From positions 95,370 to 159,369 of the forward strand of contig CAZVKL010000001.1 of NCBI GenBank assembly GCA_964627845.1: a stretch of DNA of 64,000 nucleotides, written 5' to 3'. Source of the stretch: an uncultured Erysipelothrix sp. (GTDB lineage: Bacteria; Bacillota_I; Bacilli_A; Erysipelotrichales; Erysipelotrichaceae). The position numbers and the translations under genes are program-made. The notes beneath the pieces are model-generated. The model was not told where the DNA came from. It saw only the letters and a list, made by a program, of their open reading frames with translations, and made no database searches. This document shows, piece after piece, positions 36,245-47,016 of the stretch (position 1 is its first letter; every line of letters starts with the position of its first letter).

Positions 36245-39200
36245 TTAGAATAATGACAATTGATTTAATTCGGATAAATGATCCAATACATTTAGTTTCT
36301 TTAATTCATTCAAACCATTCTGTGTAATTTGAGTCCGTTTCTTAAAGTCTTCAATCGATAAGAACGCTCGTTTATCACGCTCACTCACAATATTATGAGC
36401 GACCGATTCCCACACACCATCTAACGCGTTGAATGGAATCAACAGTTTCTTAGGATCTTTAGGATCTGGCCAAAAAGCAGTTGCATGCGACTCCATTAGC
36501 GAAACTGGCTTAAATGAATAACCACGTATCAACATTTCAAACGCCACTTCTAAGGTATTAATGAGTTGTTCTTCCTTGGCAGACACACGATCTTCAATAC
36601 TAAAGGATTGTCGACGATTTAAGATGTTGTCTAAACGTTTTTCAATGGCATCTGCACCCGCTAGCATTGTATCAATCTCATACGCAGTACAACGTAGTGT
36701 AAAATACTGTGCATAGAAATCAAGTGGTCGATGCACTTTAAACCAAGCCACTCGAACCCCCATCATACAATAAGCAACCGCATGTGCTTTCGGGAATAAA
36801 TATTTAATTAATTGAGCAGATTCAATATACCAGTGTTGAACCCCTTTTGAAGTCATGGCATCAATCCATTCAGGTCTTAAACCTCTCCCTTTACGGACAG
36901 ATTCCATAATATTAAAGGCCATCTTTTCTTGAACCCCTAAATGGGTTAAATACGTCATAATATCATCACGACAACAAATAACATCATCTAAGGTATAGCC
37001 ATTTTGAATAATTGCTTCAGCATTTTTAGACCAAACATCCGTCCCATGGGATAAACCTGAGATCTTAACTAAATCAGAGAACTTGTTGGGATTTGTATCA
37101 TTTAACATGCGACGAACAAACTGAGTTCCAAATTCTGGTAGCCCAACCGCACCATTGGAATCTCGTTGGCGTCGATGATCAATTAAAAGTGCATCGGTAC
37201 TATTAAAAATAGACATCGTTTGAGGGTCATTTAATGGGATTTTATTAACATCTAAACCAGAAACATCTTCTAAAAACTTAATGGCAGTTGGATCAACATG
37301 GCCTAAGATATCTAATTTGAGCAGATTATGTTCAATATCATGATATTCAAAATGGGACGTCAGCCATGAACTCATCGGGTTATTTGCCGGATACTGATAA
37401 GGCATAAAGTCTAAAATATCTTTATCTTCAGGAATGACAATGATTCCACCAGGATGTTGTCCGGTTGAACGTTTGACACCCGCTGCACCTAACACTAGAT
37501 ACTCTTTGAAAGCATTATGTACTGGCTCTTTGGGCTCAACATTTTCATAATAGCCGCTCACTAAACCAAACGCTGTTTTTTCAGCAATGGTTCCAATGGT
37601 TCCAGCACGCAATACTTTATCTTCCCCAAACAATTCCTTCGTTAAATTATGGGCTGTTTCTTGATAATCACCAGAGAAATTCAAGTCAATATCCGGTGTT
37701 TTATCCCCTTCAAAGCCCAAGAAGGTCTCAAATGGAATATCTTGGCCTTCCCCTATCAATTGACTTTGACAATGTGGACATTCTTTTAATGGTAAGTCAT
37801 AACCACTGGCATACTCACTTTTAGTAAAGAACTCACTATAATGGCAGCTTGGACATACATAATGGGGGACCAATGGATTCACCTGAGTAATATTAGCCAT
37901 TGTTGCGACAAACGATGAACCAACCGAACCACGTGATCCAACCATATATCCATCTTCAATGGATTGTTTCACCAGTAAATGAGAGATGTAATAGATAACA
38001 CCAAATCCATTACTCAGGATGCTATTGAGTTCTTTTTTAATGCGATCTTCAACAATTTGAGGAAGATTCTCACCATAAATGGCATGCGCATTTTCATAAA
38101 CTAACGTCGTTAGTTTTTCATCCGAACCTTCAATGGTTGGTGCATACAACTCTTTAGGGACTGGATACACATCATCAATCAAGGAATTGAGTTTATGCGT
38201 ATTATCAATAACCACTCGCTTTACTTCGTTCTTTGAAAGATAAGGGTATCCTGCTAACATCTCATTAGTTGTTCTTAAGTGTTGATCAGGACTTTGTTGA
38301 GTTTGACGAAGTTGTTCATCGTAAATATACAGTGGATGTTTCGCACCCCCAATTCCCATGGCATTAATATAGATTTCTCTAAATATCTTTTCATGTTTAA
38401 GGATGTAATGTACATCACCCGTCCCAACCACCAACTTATTAAGTTTATGGGCTGTGAAATAAATATTCTTAAGGATTTCAATTAAATGTTCTTGATTAAG
38501 AATTTGTTTCTTATACAGAAGCGGCTCATAATTCTTTAACGGTTGAAGTTCAATATAATCATAAAATCCCATTTCTGTTTCTAACTCTTGTTGTGAGCCT
38601 GTTCTAGCAATTTCAAACAGATATGAATTAAAACAAGCCGATCCAATTAATAAATTGTGTCTATTTTCTTGAATTAGTTGACGGGTTAGTCGAGCTTCAG
38701 CAATACTTTCATCCTCTTTTTTAGTGGATTTACCGCGAAACATTAAATTGTCAGTATGACTGAGAGACACCAATTTATAAAGATCTTTAATCCCTTGTTG
38801 GTTTTTAGCCAACACTGTCATGTGATAAGGTCTAAGTTTATCAATCGGATTAATTGAATTTTGAAACTCAATTAATTGTGCACTCGTTTTTATCCCTTTT
38901 GAAAAAAGCTCACTGGACATACTCGCAAAAACATGTTGAAGAATCTGCGCATCATAATCCGCTCGATGGGCAATCGATTGGTCATAAGGAAGATTATAAT
39001 AACGAGCCACGGCACCTAAGGTATAGGATTTTCGTTGATCAATTAACGCCCAAGCTAATGCGAGCGTATCAATTAACGGATTATTCAATTCAGGGACGTT
39101 ACATTTTTGTGCGGCAGCTTGTAAAAAACGATAGTCAAACAGTCCATTATGAGCGACTAAAACGCCATCCCCAATAAAATTAGTGATTGTTTTAAATGCT

Positions 39201-40558
39201 TCTTTAAGCGTTGGGGCATCCTTAACCATTTCATCATCAATGTTGGTAATCGAAGTAATTCGAGCAGGAATCGAAACAGGTGGTTTAATAAACAATTGAA
39301 TTTGATCAACAATCGTCTGATTAACCACTTTAACGGCCCCAAACTCTATAATATGGTCATATCGAGAGGATAAGCCAGTGGTTTCTAAGTCAAATAAAAT
39401 ATATGTTTGTTGTTGTAAATCAAAATCTTGATCCGTATTGACGATCATCAAATGATCATCGACAACATTCATCTCAACGCCATAAATCACTTTAATTTGT
39501 TTATTCTTATCTTTCGCATTTAACTTTGCTGCTGTGGATTGTGCTTTGGGAAAGGAATGGACCACGCTATGATCGGTAATGGCGATCGCTGGATGACCAT
39601 AATCATACGCTTGTTTAATTAAATCAGAAACATCGCTAATCCCATCCATTTCAGAAGCTTTGGTGTGAGCATGAAACTCGATCCGTTTTTCATCTGCCTT
39701 ATCTTCATAATTAAGTGGCGATTCAATCGTTTTAATCAATTTATGTTTAAACGTATTCTGTTTCGCATAATTGTCAAACACGTAGTTCCCATAGACTGCA
39801 GCCCATTGACCTACTTTAATTTCAATATCATCAAGTGAATCAACAAAACAAGTTGTTTCAATCCCGTCTTCTAAATCAGTAAAATACAAGGTAGCAATAA
39901 TATTGCCCTTGCGTGTTTCTCTTGAATCGATTTTAAATAGTTGTCCTTCAAAATAAACATTGAACATCTCTTCTTGAAGCATCGCTATTTTAACCATCGT
40001 ATAATCTTCAAGTTTTGATTTCGTTTTATATTGTGGTTTCATTTCAATGCTTGGTTTAATGGTTGGGGTGACTTTCTTGGTCGTTTCAACAAACTTAACC
40101 TCTGCTTCTACGATTTCACAGAAACAGTTTACTTCAAAGCCATAAATATTTAATTGTTCATCTAAGAGACTTAATACCTGATTGATATAATCTTGATCCC
40201 CTTCATTGATGGCTAAAAAGACGATTTGATGTCCTTCAATTTTGGTCGAAGCTTGTAGAATCGTTTTTTGAAGTTGATGATTATTGGCAATAACCTCTAA
40301 ATAATCACTCACTAAAGCATGTTCGGGTTCGTTTTTCTCAGATTTGATTTGTACATGACAATCACAATTAAATGACTTTTCTAATAATCGTTGTAGTTGT
40401 TGATAAATCTTTAAAGGTAATATTTGATAGGTTTCAAATTGAAAGGTGATTTGATTTTTACGCTTCGAATAGATAGGCGTGATTAATTCAGTATTCTTAA
40501 AAGCACTGGTATAGTGCTTTGGGAATTGGATAGTTTTTAATAATTGATAAGTCTTCAT
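36245..40558 (-). CDS. polC: DNA polymerase III PolC-type
   Basis: 1437 aa. Intact PHP (FHAHTKASEMDG, ITDHSVV), 3'-5' exonuclease (FDLETTGL, HNGLFDYRFL) and Zn-finger CPSC...CPHC. Confidence 0.96.
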   Translation of the reverse strand: MKTYQLLKTIQFPKHYTSAFKNTELITPIYSKRKNQITFQFETYQILPLKIYQQLQRLLEKSFNCDCHVQIKSEKNEPEHALVSDYLEVIANNHQLQKTILQASTKIEGHQIVFLAINEGDQDYINQVLSLLDEQLNIYGFEVNCFCEIVEAEVKFVETTKKVTPTIKPSIEMKPQYKTKSKLEDYTMVKIAMLQEEMFNVYFEGQLFKIDSRETRKGNIIATLYFTDLEDGIETTCFVDSLDDIEIKVGQWAAVYGNYVFDNYAKQNTFKHKLIKTIESPLNYEDKADEKRIEFHAHTKASEMDGISDVSDLIKQAYDYGHPAIAITDHSVVHSFPKAQSTAAKLNAKDKNKQIKVIYGVEMNVVDDHLMIVNTDQDFDLQQQTYILFDLETTGLSSRYDHIIEFGAVKVVNQTIVDQIQLFIKPPVSIPARITSITNIDDEMVKDAPTLKEAFKTITNFIGDGVLVAHNGLFDYRFLQAAAQKCNVPELNNPLIDTLALAWALIDQRKSYTLGAVARYYNLPYDQSIAHRADYDAQILQHVFASMSSELFSKGIKTSAQLIEFQNSINPIDKLRPYHMTVLAKNQQGIKDLYKLVSLSHTDNLMFRGKSTKKEDESIAEARLTRQLIQENRHNLLIGSACFNSYLFEIARTGSQQELETEMGFYDYIELQPLKNYEPLLYKKQILNQEHLIEILKNIYFTAHKLNKLVVGTGDVHYILKHEKIFREIYINAMGIGGAKHPLYIYDEQLRQTQQSPDQHLRTTNEMLAGYPYLSKNEVKRVVIDNTHKLNSLIDDVYPVPKELYAPTIEGSDEKLTTLVYENAHAIYGENLPQIVEDRIKKELNSILSNGFGVIYYISHLLVKQSIEDGYMVGSRGSVGSSFVATMANITQVNPLVPHYVCPSCHYSEFFTKSEYASGYDLPLKECPHCQSQLIGEGQDIPFETFLGFEGDKTPDIDLNFSGDYQETAHNLTKELFGEDKVLRAGTIGTIAEKTAFGLVSGYYENVEPKEPVHNAFKEYLVLGAAGVKRSTGQHPGGIIVIPEDKDILDFMPYQYPANNPMSSWLTSHFEYHDIEHNLLKLDILGHVDPTAIKFLEDVSGLDVNKIPLNDPQTMSIFNSTDALLIDHRRQRDSNGAVGLPEFGTQFVRRMLNDTNPNKFSDLVKISGLSHGTDVWSKNAEAIIQNGYTLDDVICCRDDIMTYLTHLGVQEKMAFNIMESVRKGRGLRPEWIDAMTSKGVQHWYIESAQLIKYLFPKAHAVAYCMMGVRVAWFKVHRPLDFYAQYFTLRCTAYEIDTMLAGADAIEKRLDNILNRRQSFSIEDRVSAKEEQLINTLEVAFEMLIRGYSFKPVSLMESHATAFWPDPKDPKKLLIPFNALDGVWESVAHNIVSERDKRAFLSIEDFKKRTQITQNGLNELKKLNVLDHLSELNQLSLF

Positions 40559-40564
40559 TAAACC

Positions 40565-41248
40565 CTACTTTACTAATTTATTTAAGGCATCCTTGGCCGC
40601 TTGTTGTTGGGCACGTTTTTTAGAGGACCCAGTTCCTTTACCTAGAACTAATTCATCTAATTTAACAATTGCATCAAACTCGGGCTGATTGGCAGGACCA
40701 GTCACAGACACAATTTGATAAGTGACTGTTTTACGACTGTCCGATTGAACAAATTCTTGTAACTTTGTTTTGTAGTCCATTATGTCATCTTTATCAAGAG
40801 TTTCAAACCGTTTCTTTATCGTTAGATTACAAATTTTATCAATTGCTTGAATTCCTTGATCAAGATACAATGCACCAATAAAGGCTTCAAATAAGTCCGC
40901 TAAAAGTGACTCTCTTTTTCTTCCACCACTTTTCGCTTCCCCAATACCCAGCTTTAGGAATTGGGCTAAATTCATCTCTTTAGAGAAACAGGCTAATGCT
41001 TTCTCATTCACCAGTTGAGCACGAATGAGAGTCATATCCCCTTCCGAAATAATTGGTTCTTGATGATAAAGAAAATTTGCGCTCCAAAGTTGTAGCACCG
41101 CATCCCCCAAAAGTTCTAGGCGTTCATTATCATCCAAGTCTAGCTCTTTGTTTTCATTAACATAAGAGGTATGAATAAACGCCACTTTTAAAGCTTCTTC
41201 ATCGTTAATTTCAATCTCATATTGTCTTAAGTATTCTGTTAATGTCAT
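40565..41248 (-). CDS. rnc: ribonuclease III
   Basis: NERLELLGDAVL signature and a C-terminal dsRBD (KTKLQEF...GSSKKRAQQQAAKDAL). Confidence 0.93.
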   Translation of the reverse strand: MTLTEYLRQYEIEINDEEALKVAFIHTSYVNENKELDLDDNERLELLGDAVLQLWSANFLYHQEPIISEGDMTLIRAQLVNEKALACFSKEMNLAQFLKLGIGEAKSGGRKRESLLADLFEAFIGALYLDQGIQAIDKICNLTIKKRFETLDKDDIMDYKTKLQEFVQSDSRKTVTYQIVSVTGPANQPEFDAIVKLDELVLGKGTGSSKKRAQQQAAKDALNKLVK

Positions 41249-41256
41249 GATTACTC

Positions 41257-43230
41257 CTAAATTGATACTTGATTCATAATCGCTTGATGCTGTCTTTGTA
41301 TCCAGCTAATAAATATTGTATCTTCTTTTGAAGGATTTTCAAAGAGCAATAACACATCTTCTTTGGCAGATTGTAATAATTTAAGATCGGATGTTAAATC
41401 GAGGTGTGTGAACTGAGGATAACCCGACTGTCTTTGACCCAGTAAATCTCCCGCTCCACGCATCATTAAATCCATTTCAGCCAATTTAAATCCATTTGTC
41501 TCTTGTGTAAACACCTTTAACCGATCAAGAGAATCTTGGTTTTTAGTTTGGGTTAAAACATAACAAACCGCTTGTTGATCCGATCGACCAATACGACCAC
41601 GCAATTGATGAAGCTGACTTAAACCAAAGCGATCCCCATCATAAATAATCATCATATTGGCTGAAGCAATGTGAACACCCACTTCAACAATAGTCGTACT
41701 AACAAGAATATCCAATCCACGATGTTTAAACTGGTCTAATGTTCGATTTATTTCGTCACTACTCTTTTGTGAATGAATAGAACCAATTCTTAGTTGTGGG
41801 TAGGCTTTTTCTAGATTCATATGTATCTCTTGAACACTTCGAGTCGGTTGTTCACTTTCTTGATCGATGGCAGGACAAATGACATACACTTGTCCTTGAG
41901 TGTCAATATAACGAAAGACTTCATCAATAAATGAACGAATTGAATTTTCTAAGATTAGTTTTGTGATAATTGGTTTTCGACCCAAAGGCATCGTCTCAAT
42001 CGTACTAATTGAGAGATGAGAATATAAAGTGGCTGCCAATGTGCGAGGAATTGGTGTGGCAGATAACATTAAAACATCCACCGCCTCTCCTTTTTCAAGC
42101 ATGCTTTGACGCTGATTGACTCCAAATCGATGTTGCTCATCAATAATAAGTAACCCTAATTTATGGTAGGTGACCGATTCAGAGAATAACGCATGAGTCC
42201 CTACAATCATTTTTGTCGTTCCATTTTTTAAATTTTCTAGCAGCTCATTTCGTTGGTTAATCGAGCCCGTTAAGAGTGCCACATCATCAAAATACTCTTT
42301 AAAACTTTGATAGTGTTGTTGAGCTAAAACTTCTGTTGGACAAAGAAACGCGACTTGATAGCCTGCATTCATCATGGCCATTGACGCAAGGATAGCCACA
42401 ATCGTTTTACCACTACCAACATCCCCTAATAATAATCGTCTCATAAGTGTTGGTGATTCTAAATCATCCAACAGTTGGTGTATTGAATTAGTTTGGTCCA
42501 TCGTTAATTTGAAATCCAAATTGTTCACTGTTTCTTCAATCAGTGCTCGATCAATGATCCGTTTTGGTTTTGTCTTACTAAGTTGATATTGTCGATCTAA
42601 AAAGAGTGCCATTTGATAACGAAGGGCTTCAGAATATTTTAGTGTTCGAATCGCTTGAAATAAAAGGTCGTTGTTATCAGGTTGATGAATTTGTTTTAAT
42701 GCCATCTTCGTACTTAACAAATCATATTTTTGATTTAAATGACTCGGAATCATCTGATGAATCTGGTCAAACTGTTCTTTTAGGACTTTCTTTAGAATCG
42801 TCCTCATTTGATGTTGATTGACTCCTTTTTTCAACGGATACACCGGTAAGATCCCCGTCATTTCTTCTAGTGAGCGTAAATTAAGCGTGTTGATGACCAG
42901 TTCTTGACGTTCATTGAATTTACCAGTGATGGTCACTGCTCTATCACCATAGTTATTTTTAAAATATGGGCGATTATACATCACACATTTGATGATTTGA
43001 TGTTGAGTCATCACTTGGAAACGACTGATTGTTCTTTTTCCAAAACGAATCGTCTTAATTGGTTCAAGTATCTGTGCACTCAAGCCTATCAAATTATCTT
43101 GGCTAAAGGTTTGTTCATCCCAACGATCAATTTTTTCGTAACGAAAAGGATAAATCGTTAATGCCGCTTTATCCTGTTTCAATTCGGGAATATATTTTAA
43201 TATAATTTCTTTTTGTTTGGCAGTCAGCAT
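41257..43230 (-). CDS. recG: ATP-dependent DNA helicase RecG
   Basis: GDVGSGKT, DEQHRFG, SATPIPRT, LHQLRGRIGR, plus an N-terminal wedge/OB region. Confidence 0.93.
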   Translation of the reverse strand: MLTAKQKEIILKYIPELKQDKAALTIYPFRYEKIDRWDEQTFSQDNLIGLSAQILEPIKTIRFGKRTISRFQVMTQHQIIKCVMYNRPYFKNNYGDRAVTITGKFNERQELVINTLNLRSLEEMTGILPVYPLKKGVNQHQMRTILKKVLKEQFDQIHQMIPSHLNQKYDLLSTKMALKQIHQPDNNDLLFQAIRTLKYSEALRYQMALFLDRQYQLSKTKPKRIIDRALIEETVNNLDFKLTMDQTNSIHQLLDDLESPTLMRRLLLGDVGSGKTIVAILASMAMMNAGYQVAFLCPTEVLAQQHYQSFKEYFDDVALLTGSINQRNELLENLKNGTTKMIVGTHALFSESVTYHKLGLLIIDEQHRFGVNQRQSMLEKGEAVDVLMLSATPIPRTLAATLYSHLSISTIETMPLGRKPIITKLILENSIRSFIDEVFRYIDTQGQVYVICPAIDQESEQPTRSVQEIHMNLEKAYPQLRIGSIHSQKSSDEINRTLDQFKHRGLDILVSTTIVEVGVHIASANMMIIYDGDRFGLSQLHQLRGRIGRSDQQAVCYVLTQTKNQDSLDRLKVFTQETNGFKLAEMDLMMRGAGDLLGQRQSGYPQFTHLDLTSDLKLLQSAKEDVLLLFENPSKEDTIFISWIQRQHQAIMNQVSI

Positions 43231-43233
43231 TGA

Positions 43234-44871
43234 CTACTCAACTCCCACCATATAAGAGTATACTGGTTGTCCACCTTCAACAATTTCAACTTCTACATCG
43301 TATTTGTCTTCAAAATCTTCAGCTAGTTCTTGGGCTTTATCAAGAAGTCCATCTTGACCGACAATTAATGTGATGATTTCAGAGTCATCCTCGACTAAAT
43401 CATCAACCACACTGATAAGCGCTTCTTCTTGATTTGGTGAGGTGAGAACAATTTTCTTACCAGAAATTGCCATATAATCACCCGCCTTAATTGGCATCGA
43501 ATCATAGGTTGTATCCTTGATGGCATAAGTCACTTGTCCTGATTTGGTATTGTTGATAGCTTCTTGCATATTTTCAACATTTTCTTCAATGTCTACTTCA
43601 GGATTATATGCGATACAAGCAGCAATTCCTTCAGGAATTGACTTGGACTCTAAAACAACAACATGCTTATCTTCAATTAAATCAATCACTTGTTTAGCAG
43701 CTAACACGATATTGGAGTTATTTGGTAGAATAACAACATTCTTACAGTTAAGATCATTGATGACCGCCACAAAGTCTTCTGTCGATGGATTCATGGTTTG
43801 ACCACCAGAGACACAAACATCAACTCTTAGTTCTTTAAAGTATTCTGCTAAACCATCTCCAGCACTCACTGAAACGATGGTTGTTTCTTTATAATCATAC
43901 CCTTTTTTATCATTTACATTCTGAGTTAAGCTATCATGAACAATCGCTTCATGTTGTTGGGCCATATTTTCAATTTTTAACTTCGCAAACTCACCATAAC
44001 GTTGGCCTAAATTGAGCGCATCACCAGGAGTTAAAGTATGAATATGAACTTTCACTAAATCTTCATCATGAACGACGACTAAGGAATCCCCTAGTTTTTC
44101 AAGTTCTTTAACAAAGGTATTTTCTTTAAAGTATTTAACTGATTTATCATTTAATTGAATGATAAATTCTGTACAGTATCCAAACTCTTCATGATCAAAT
44201 TGAGCTTGAACCGGCGCAGAACTTTCAGTCTTCGAAACGACTGATTGAATCGGCTTCCCTTCAAGTGCGGCTTGCATCCCTTGTAAAATGACTAGCAAAC
44301 CAGCGCCACCACTATCAACCACGCCCACTTCTTTTAATACTGGAAGCATTTCAGGTGTTTTATTGAGCGCAATTTCAGCTTGTGTAATAAAGTAGTTTAG
44401 TGTATCTTCAACATTTAATTCATTGCTTTGATTGACATAACTTAATGTCTCTTCAGCGGCTAGTCTTAATACCGTTAGAATGGTCCCTTCAACAGGACGC
44501 ATGACGGCTTTATAGGCAACTTTCTTTCCATTGTCAAACGCTAAGGCTAAATCTTTGGCGTCTAATTCAGGTTTATCGGCGACAGATTGAGAGAATCCAC
44601 GAAAAATTTGAGATAAGATGACGCCAGAGTTTCCACGCGCACCCATCAACAAACCGCGAGAAAACACTTTGGCTAATTGTCCAACATGGGTTGAATTATG
44701 ATTTAACACTTCTTTAACACCCGCGCTAAAGGTTAAATTCATATTGGTTCCAGTATCACCATCAGGGACTGGGAAAACATTTAAGGCATCAATTTCACGA
44801 TGCTGATTCGTTAAATTATTAGCTCCAGATTCAAGGATTGCTAAAAAATCGGCTGCTTTTAATGTCATCAT
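43234..44871 (-). CDS. DAK2-domain protein YloV (FakA-like fatty acid kinase subunit)
   Basis: NVFPVPDGDTGTNM DAK2 motif; 545 aa; paired with an upstream yloU-like Asp23 gene. Confidence 0.85.
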   Translation of the reverse strand: MMTLKAADFLAILESGANNLTNQHREIDALNVFPVPDGDTGTNMNLTFSAGVKEVLNHNSTHVGQLAKVFSRGLLMGARGNSGVILSQIFRGFSQSVADKPELDAKDLALAFDNGKKVAYKAVMRPVEGTILTVLRLAAEETLSYVNQSNELNVEDTLNYFITQAEIALNKTPEMLPVLKEVGVVDSGGAGLLVILQGMQAALEGKPIQSVVSKTESSAPVQAQFDHEEFGYCTEFIIQLNDKSVKYFKENTFVKELEKLGDSLVVVHDEDLVKVHIHTLTPGDALNLGQRYGEFAKLKIENMAQQHEAIVHDSLTQNVNDKKGYDYKETTIVSVSAGDGLAEYFKELRVDVCVSGGQTMNPSTEDFVAVINDLNCKNVVILPNNSNIVLAAKQVIDLIEDKHVVVLESKSIPEGIAACIAYNPEVDIEENVENMQEAINNTKSGQVTYAIKDTTYDSMPIKAGDYMAISGKKIVLTSPNQEEALISVVDDLVEDDSEIITLIVGQDGLLDKAQELAEDFEDKYDVEVEIVEGGQPVYSYMVGVE

Positions 44872-44872
44872 A

Positions 44873-45232
44873 CTACTTCTCTACTTTAACCCCTTGAACA
44901 TAAATATTTACTTTGACAAAGGATTGTTCCAATGATTTTTCAAGCATATATTTAACTTTGGTTTGAACGGATTGTACAATTTCAGAGATTCTAACACCAT
45001 AGCTTAAAATGACATACAAATCAATTTCAAAGCCATTGTCATCTTTTCTAACAACAATTCCTCTTGTGTAATTATCTTTCTTTAATAATTCAGCAAAACC
45101 ATCTTTTACAAACTTTTGGCTTGCCATCCCGACAACACCATAACATTCTGTTACAACGCCACCTGCTAGCTGAGCGATGGCTTCAGCTGAAATATTGATG
45201 TTTCCTAATTGTGTCATTCTTTCAATGGACAT
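44873..45232 (-). CDS. Asp23/Gls24 family protein (YloU-like)
   Basis: 119 aa; GNINISAEAIAQLAGGVVTECYGVVGM. Confidence 0.82.
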   Translation of the reverse strand: MSIERMTQLGNINISAEAIAQLAGGVVTECYGVVGMASQKFVKDGFAELLKKDNYTRGIVVRKDDNGFEIDLYVILSYGVRISEIVQSVQTKVKYMLEKSLEQSFVKVNIYVQGVKVEK

Positions 45233-45289
45233 AGTTTCCTCCTATTACCTGTTTGGTATTCTATAATAAATTAGTTTGAATTACAAACT

Positions 45290-46111
45290 TTATTCGTCTT
45301 CGGGTTCAATCTCATTGACTACTTCGCAAGGCCGCGCAAATGTTGAGCGCCAAAACACATCATAGACAATGCACTTTTGATCTTCTTTTAAACGATTGAA
45401 AATGTCTCTAAACGTCGTTGCATCAAGGGATTCAAGTGAATAAATAGAAGTATAGAGTTGAACTCCATCTGCCATCATCACTTTTAGATAGTTTTCATCA
45501 TATGTTCTTGGATCACGAATAATTTCCGAGATATTTGAATAGAGAATTGGTTCACTTCGAGCTAATCCATCCACCAATTGTTCCAATGATTCTTGACTAT
45601 CAAATCCAGTAAATCGTGCTAAATCTTGAAGATGACTTAATTGACCTTCTAATAAGCCTTTGGTCGATCCATCATGAGCAATTAATTCAATAATATCGGT
45701 TTCTTGATTCCAACGATAGCCAATCACTTTTTTCTCTGTGACATCGATGGTCATCGATTGATTAAACCAATGTTTAATCACATCCACTGACTCGACAAAG
45801 GAATCTTCAGGAACTTTTTTTTCTAAACTGGACGATAAGAACGAATAAAAATGTGCCCCTGTTTCAAACTCAAGTTCATCAACGACTTCCTGGTCTAAAA
45901 CATATTTATTGCCAATCACATCAACGGTCAAAATTTTCGAATAATCACTTTTGTCGTATAAAAACGCCACAAAAGCTAACAAAATACCAGTAAAGAAAAC
46001 ACACACAATTTTTAAAAATCGACGACGTTTTCTTCGTTTGGCCATTTGTTTTTTATGTCTTAAATCTTGTTGAATGTCTTGAAAGGTATTTGTTACTCGT
46101 TGTCTCTCCAA
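45290..46111 (-). CDS. divIB: cell division protein DivIB/FtsQ
   Basis: Basic N-terminus, single TM (FLKIVCVFFTGILLAFVAFL) and a POTRA-like region; position after murB. Confidence 0.8.
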   Translation of the reverse strand: MERQRVTNTFQDIQQDLRHKKQMAKRRKRRRFLKIVCVFFTGILLAFVAFLYDKSDYSKILTVDVIGNKYVLDQEVVDELEFETGAHFYSFLSSSLEKKVPEDSFVESVDVIKHWFNQSMTIDVTEKKVIGYRWNQETDIIELIAHDGSTKGLLEGQLSHLQDLARFTGFDSQESLEQLVDGLARSEPILYSNISEIIRDPRTYDENYLKVMMADGVQLYTSIYSLESLDATTFRDIFNRLKEDQKCIVYDVFWRSTFARPCEVVNEIEPEDE

Positions 46112-47016
46112 TTAAATGGCTCCACTTCTAATTGTAAATCAATGTTATGCTTGTTTTTAACACTTTGTTGAACAAGCTGAATTAATTTTAACATATCTTC
46201 TGCTTTGGCTAAGCCTGTATTAATTAAAAAATTACTATGCTTGGAAGATACTTTGGCTCCACCGATACCAAAACCACGCAAACCACAGTCATCAATTAAC
46301 TGCCATGATGCATACCCTTGTGGATTTCTAAAGGTGGATCCGCAAGAAGCACTATCAAGTGGTTGAGTGCTCAAGCGTTGATGTTTACGACGATCCATCA
46401 CTGCTTTTATTTCTTCCTGTTGAGCTGGTTGTAACGATAGTTTAGCCCCTAAAATTACCCATTCTGGATTTTTTTGAAATAGTGAGGTTCGATAGCCAAA
46501 TTGACAGTCTTGATTTGTTAACCAGACAAACTGATCGTCTTTTAAAACCAAAACTTCCGATAAAATATCTGACATAGACACTTTATAAGCGCCGGCATTC
46601 ATAAATATAGCACCACCTAAGGTTGCTGGGATCCCCGCTGCCCATTCTAAACCTGATAACGAACGTTTCATCGACAAATCCGATAATGCCACCAACGATG
46701 TCCCCGCTTCAACAAAGACTTCGTTTTCTAGATAAAACACATCAGAAAGTGTTCGGTTTAATTTAATAATTAATCCATCATAATCGTCATCACTCGCTAA
46801 AATATTTGATCCATGGCCCAATACTTTATAGGGAATGCCTTCTTTTTTACAGAGTTTAACGGCTGCCAAAAGGCCTAACATATTGTTTGGATAGAGTAAC
46901 GCTTTGACATCGCCCCCAATTTTTAGCGTGGTTAACTTTGATAAAGACACATTTTCTTGAAGGTCACCAAAACCTTTTAATACTTCAATTTGTTTAGTTG
47001 TCATGGTGCACCTCAT
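46093..47016 (-). CDS. murB: UDP-N-acetylenolpyruvoylglucosamine reductase
   Basis: FAD-binding N-terminus (TTLKIGGDVKAL, LGHGSNIL), GSTFRNP, GGAKVSSKHSNFLIN. Confidence 0.92.
   Translation of the reverse strand: MRCTMTTKQIEVLKGFGDLQENVSLSKLTTLKIGGDVKALLYPNNMLGLLAAVKLCKKEGIPYKVLGHGSNILASDDDYDGLIIKLNRTLSDVFYLENEVFVEAGTSLVALSDLSMKRSLSGLEWAAGIPATLGGAIFMNAGAYKVSMSDILSEVLVLKDDQFVWLTNQDCQFGYRTSLFQKNPEWVILGAKLSLQPAQQEEIKAVMDRRKHQRLSTQPLDSASCGSTFRNPQGYASWQLIDDCGLRGFGIGGAKVSSKHSNFLINTGLAKAEDMLKLIQLVQQSVKNKHNIDLQLEVEPFNWRDNE

Noticed and set aside
38275-39342. Several 61-107-aa ORFs on both strands inside polC
   Set aside because: All are nested in the 1437-aa PolC frame, whose motifs are continuous through this region. 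They are shadow ORFs.
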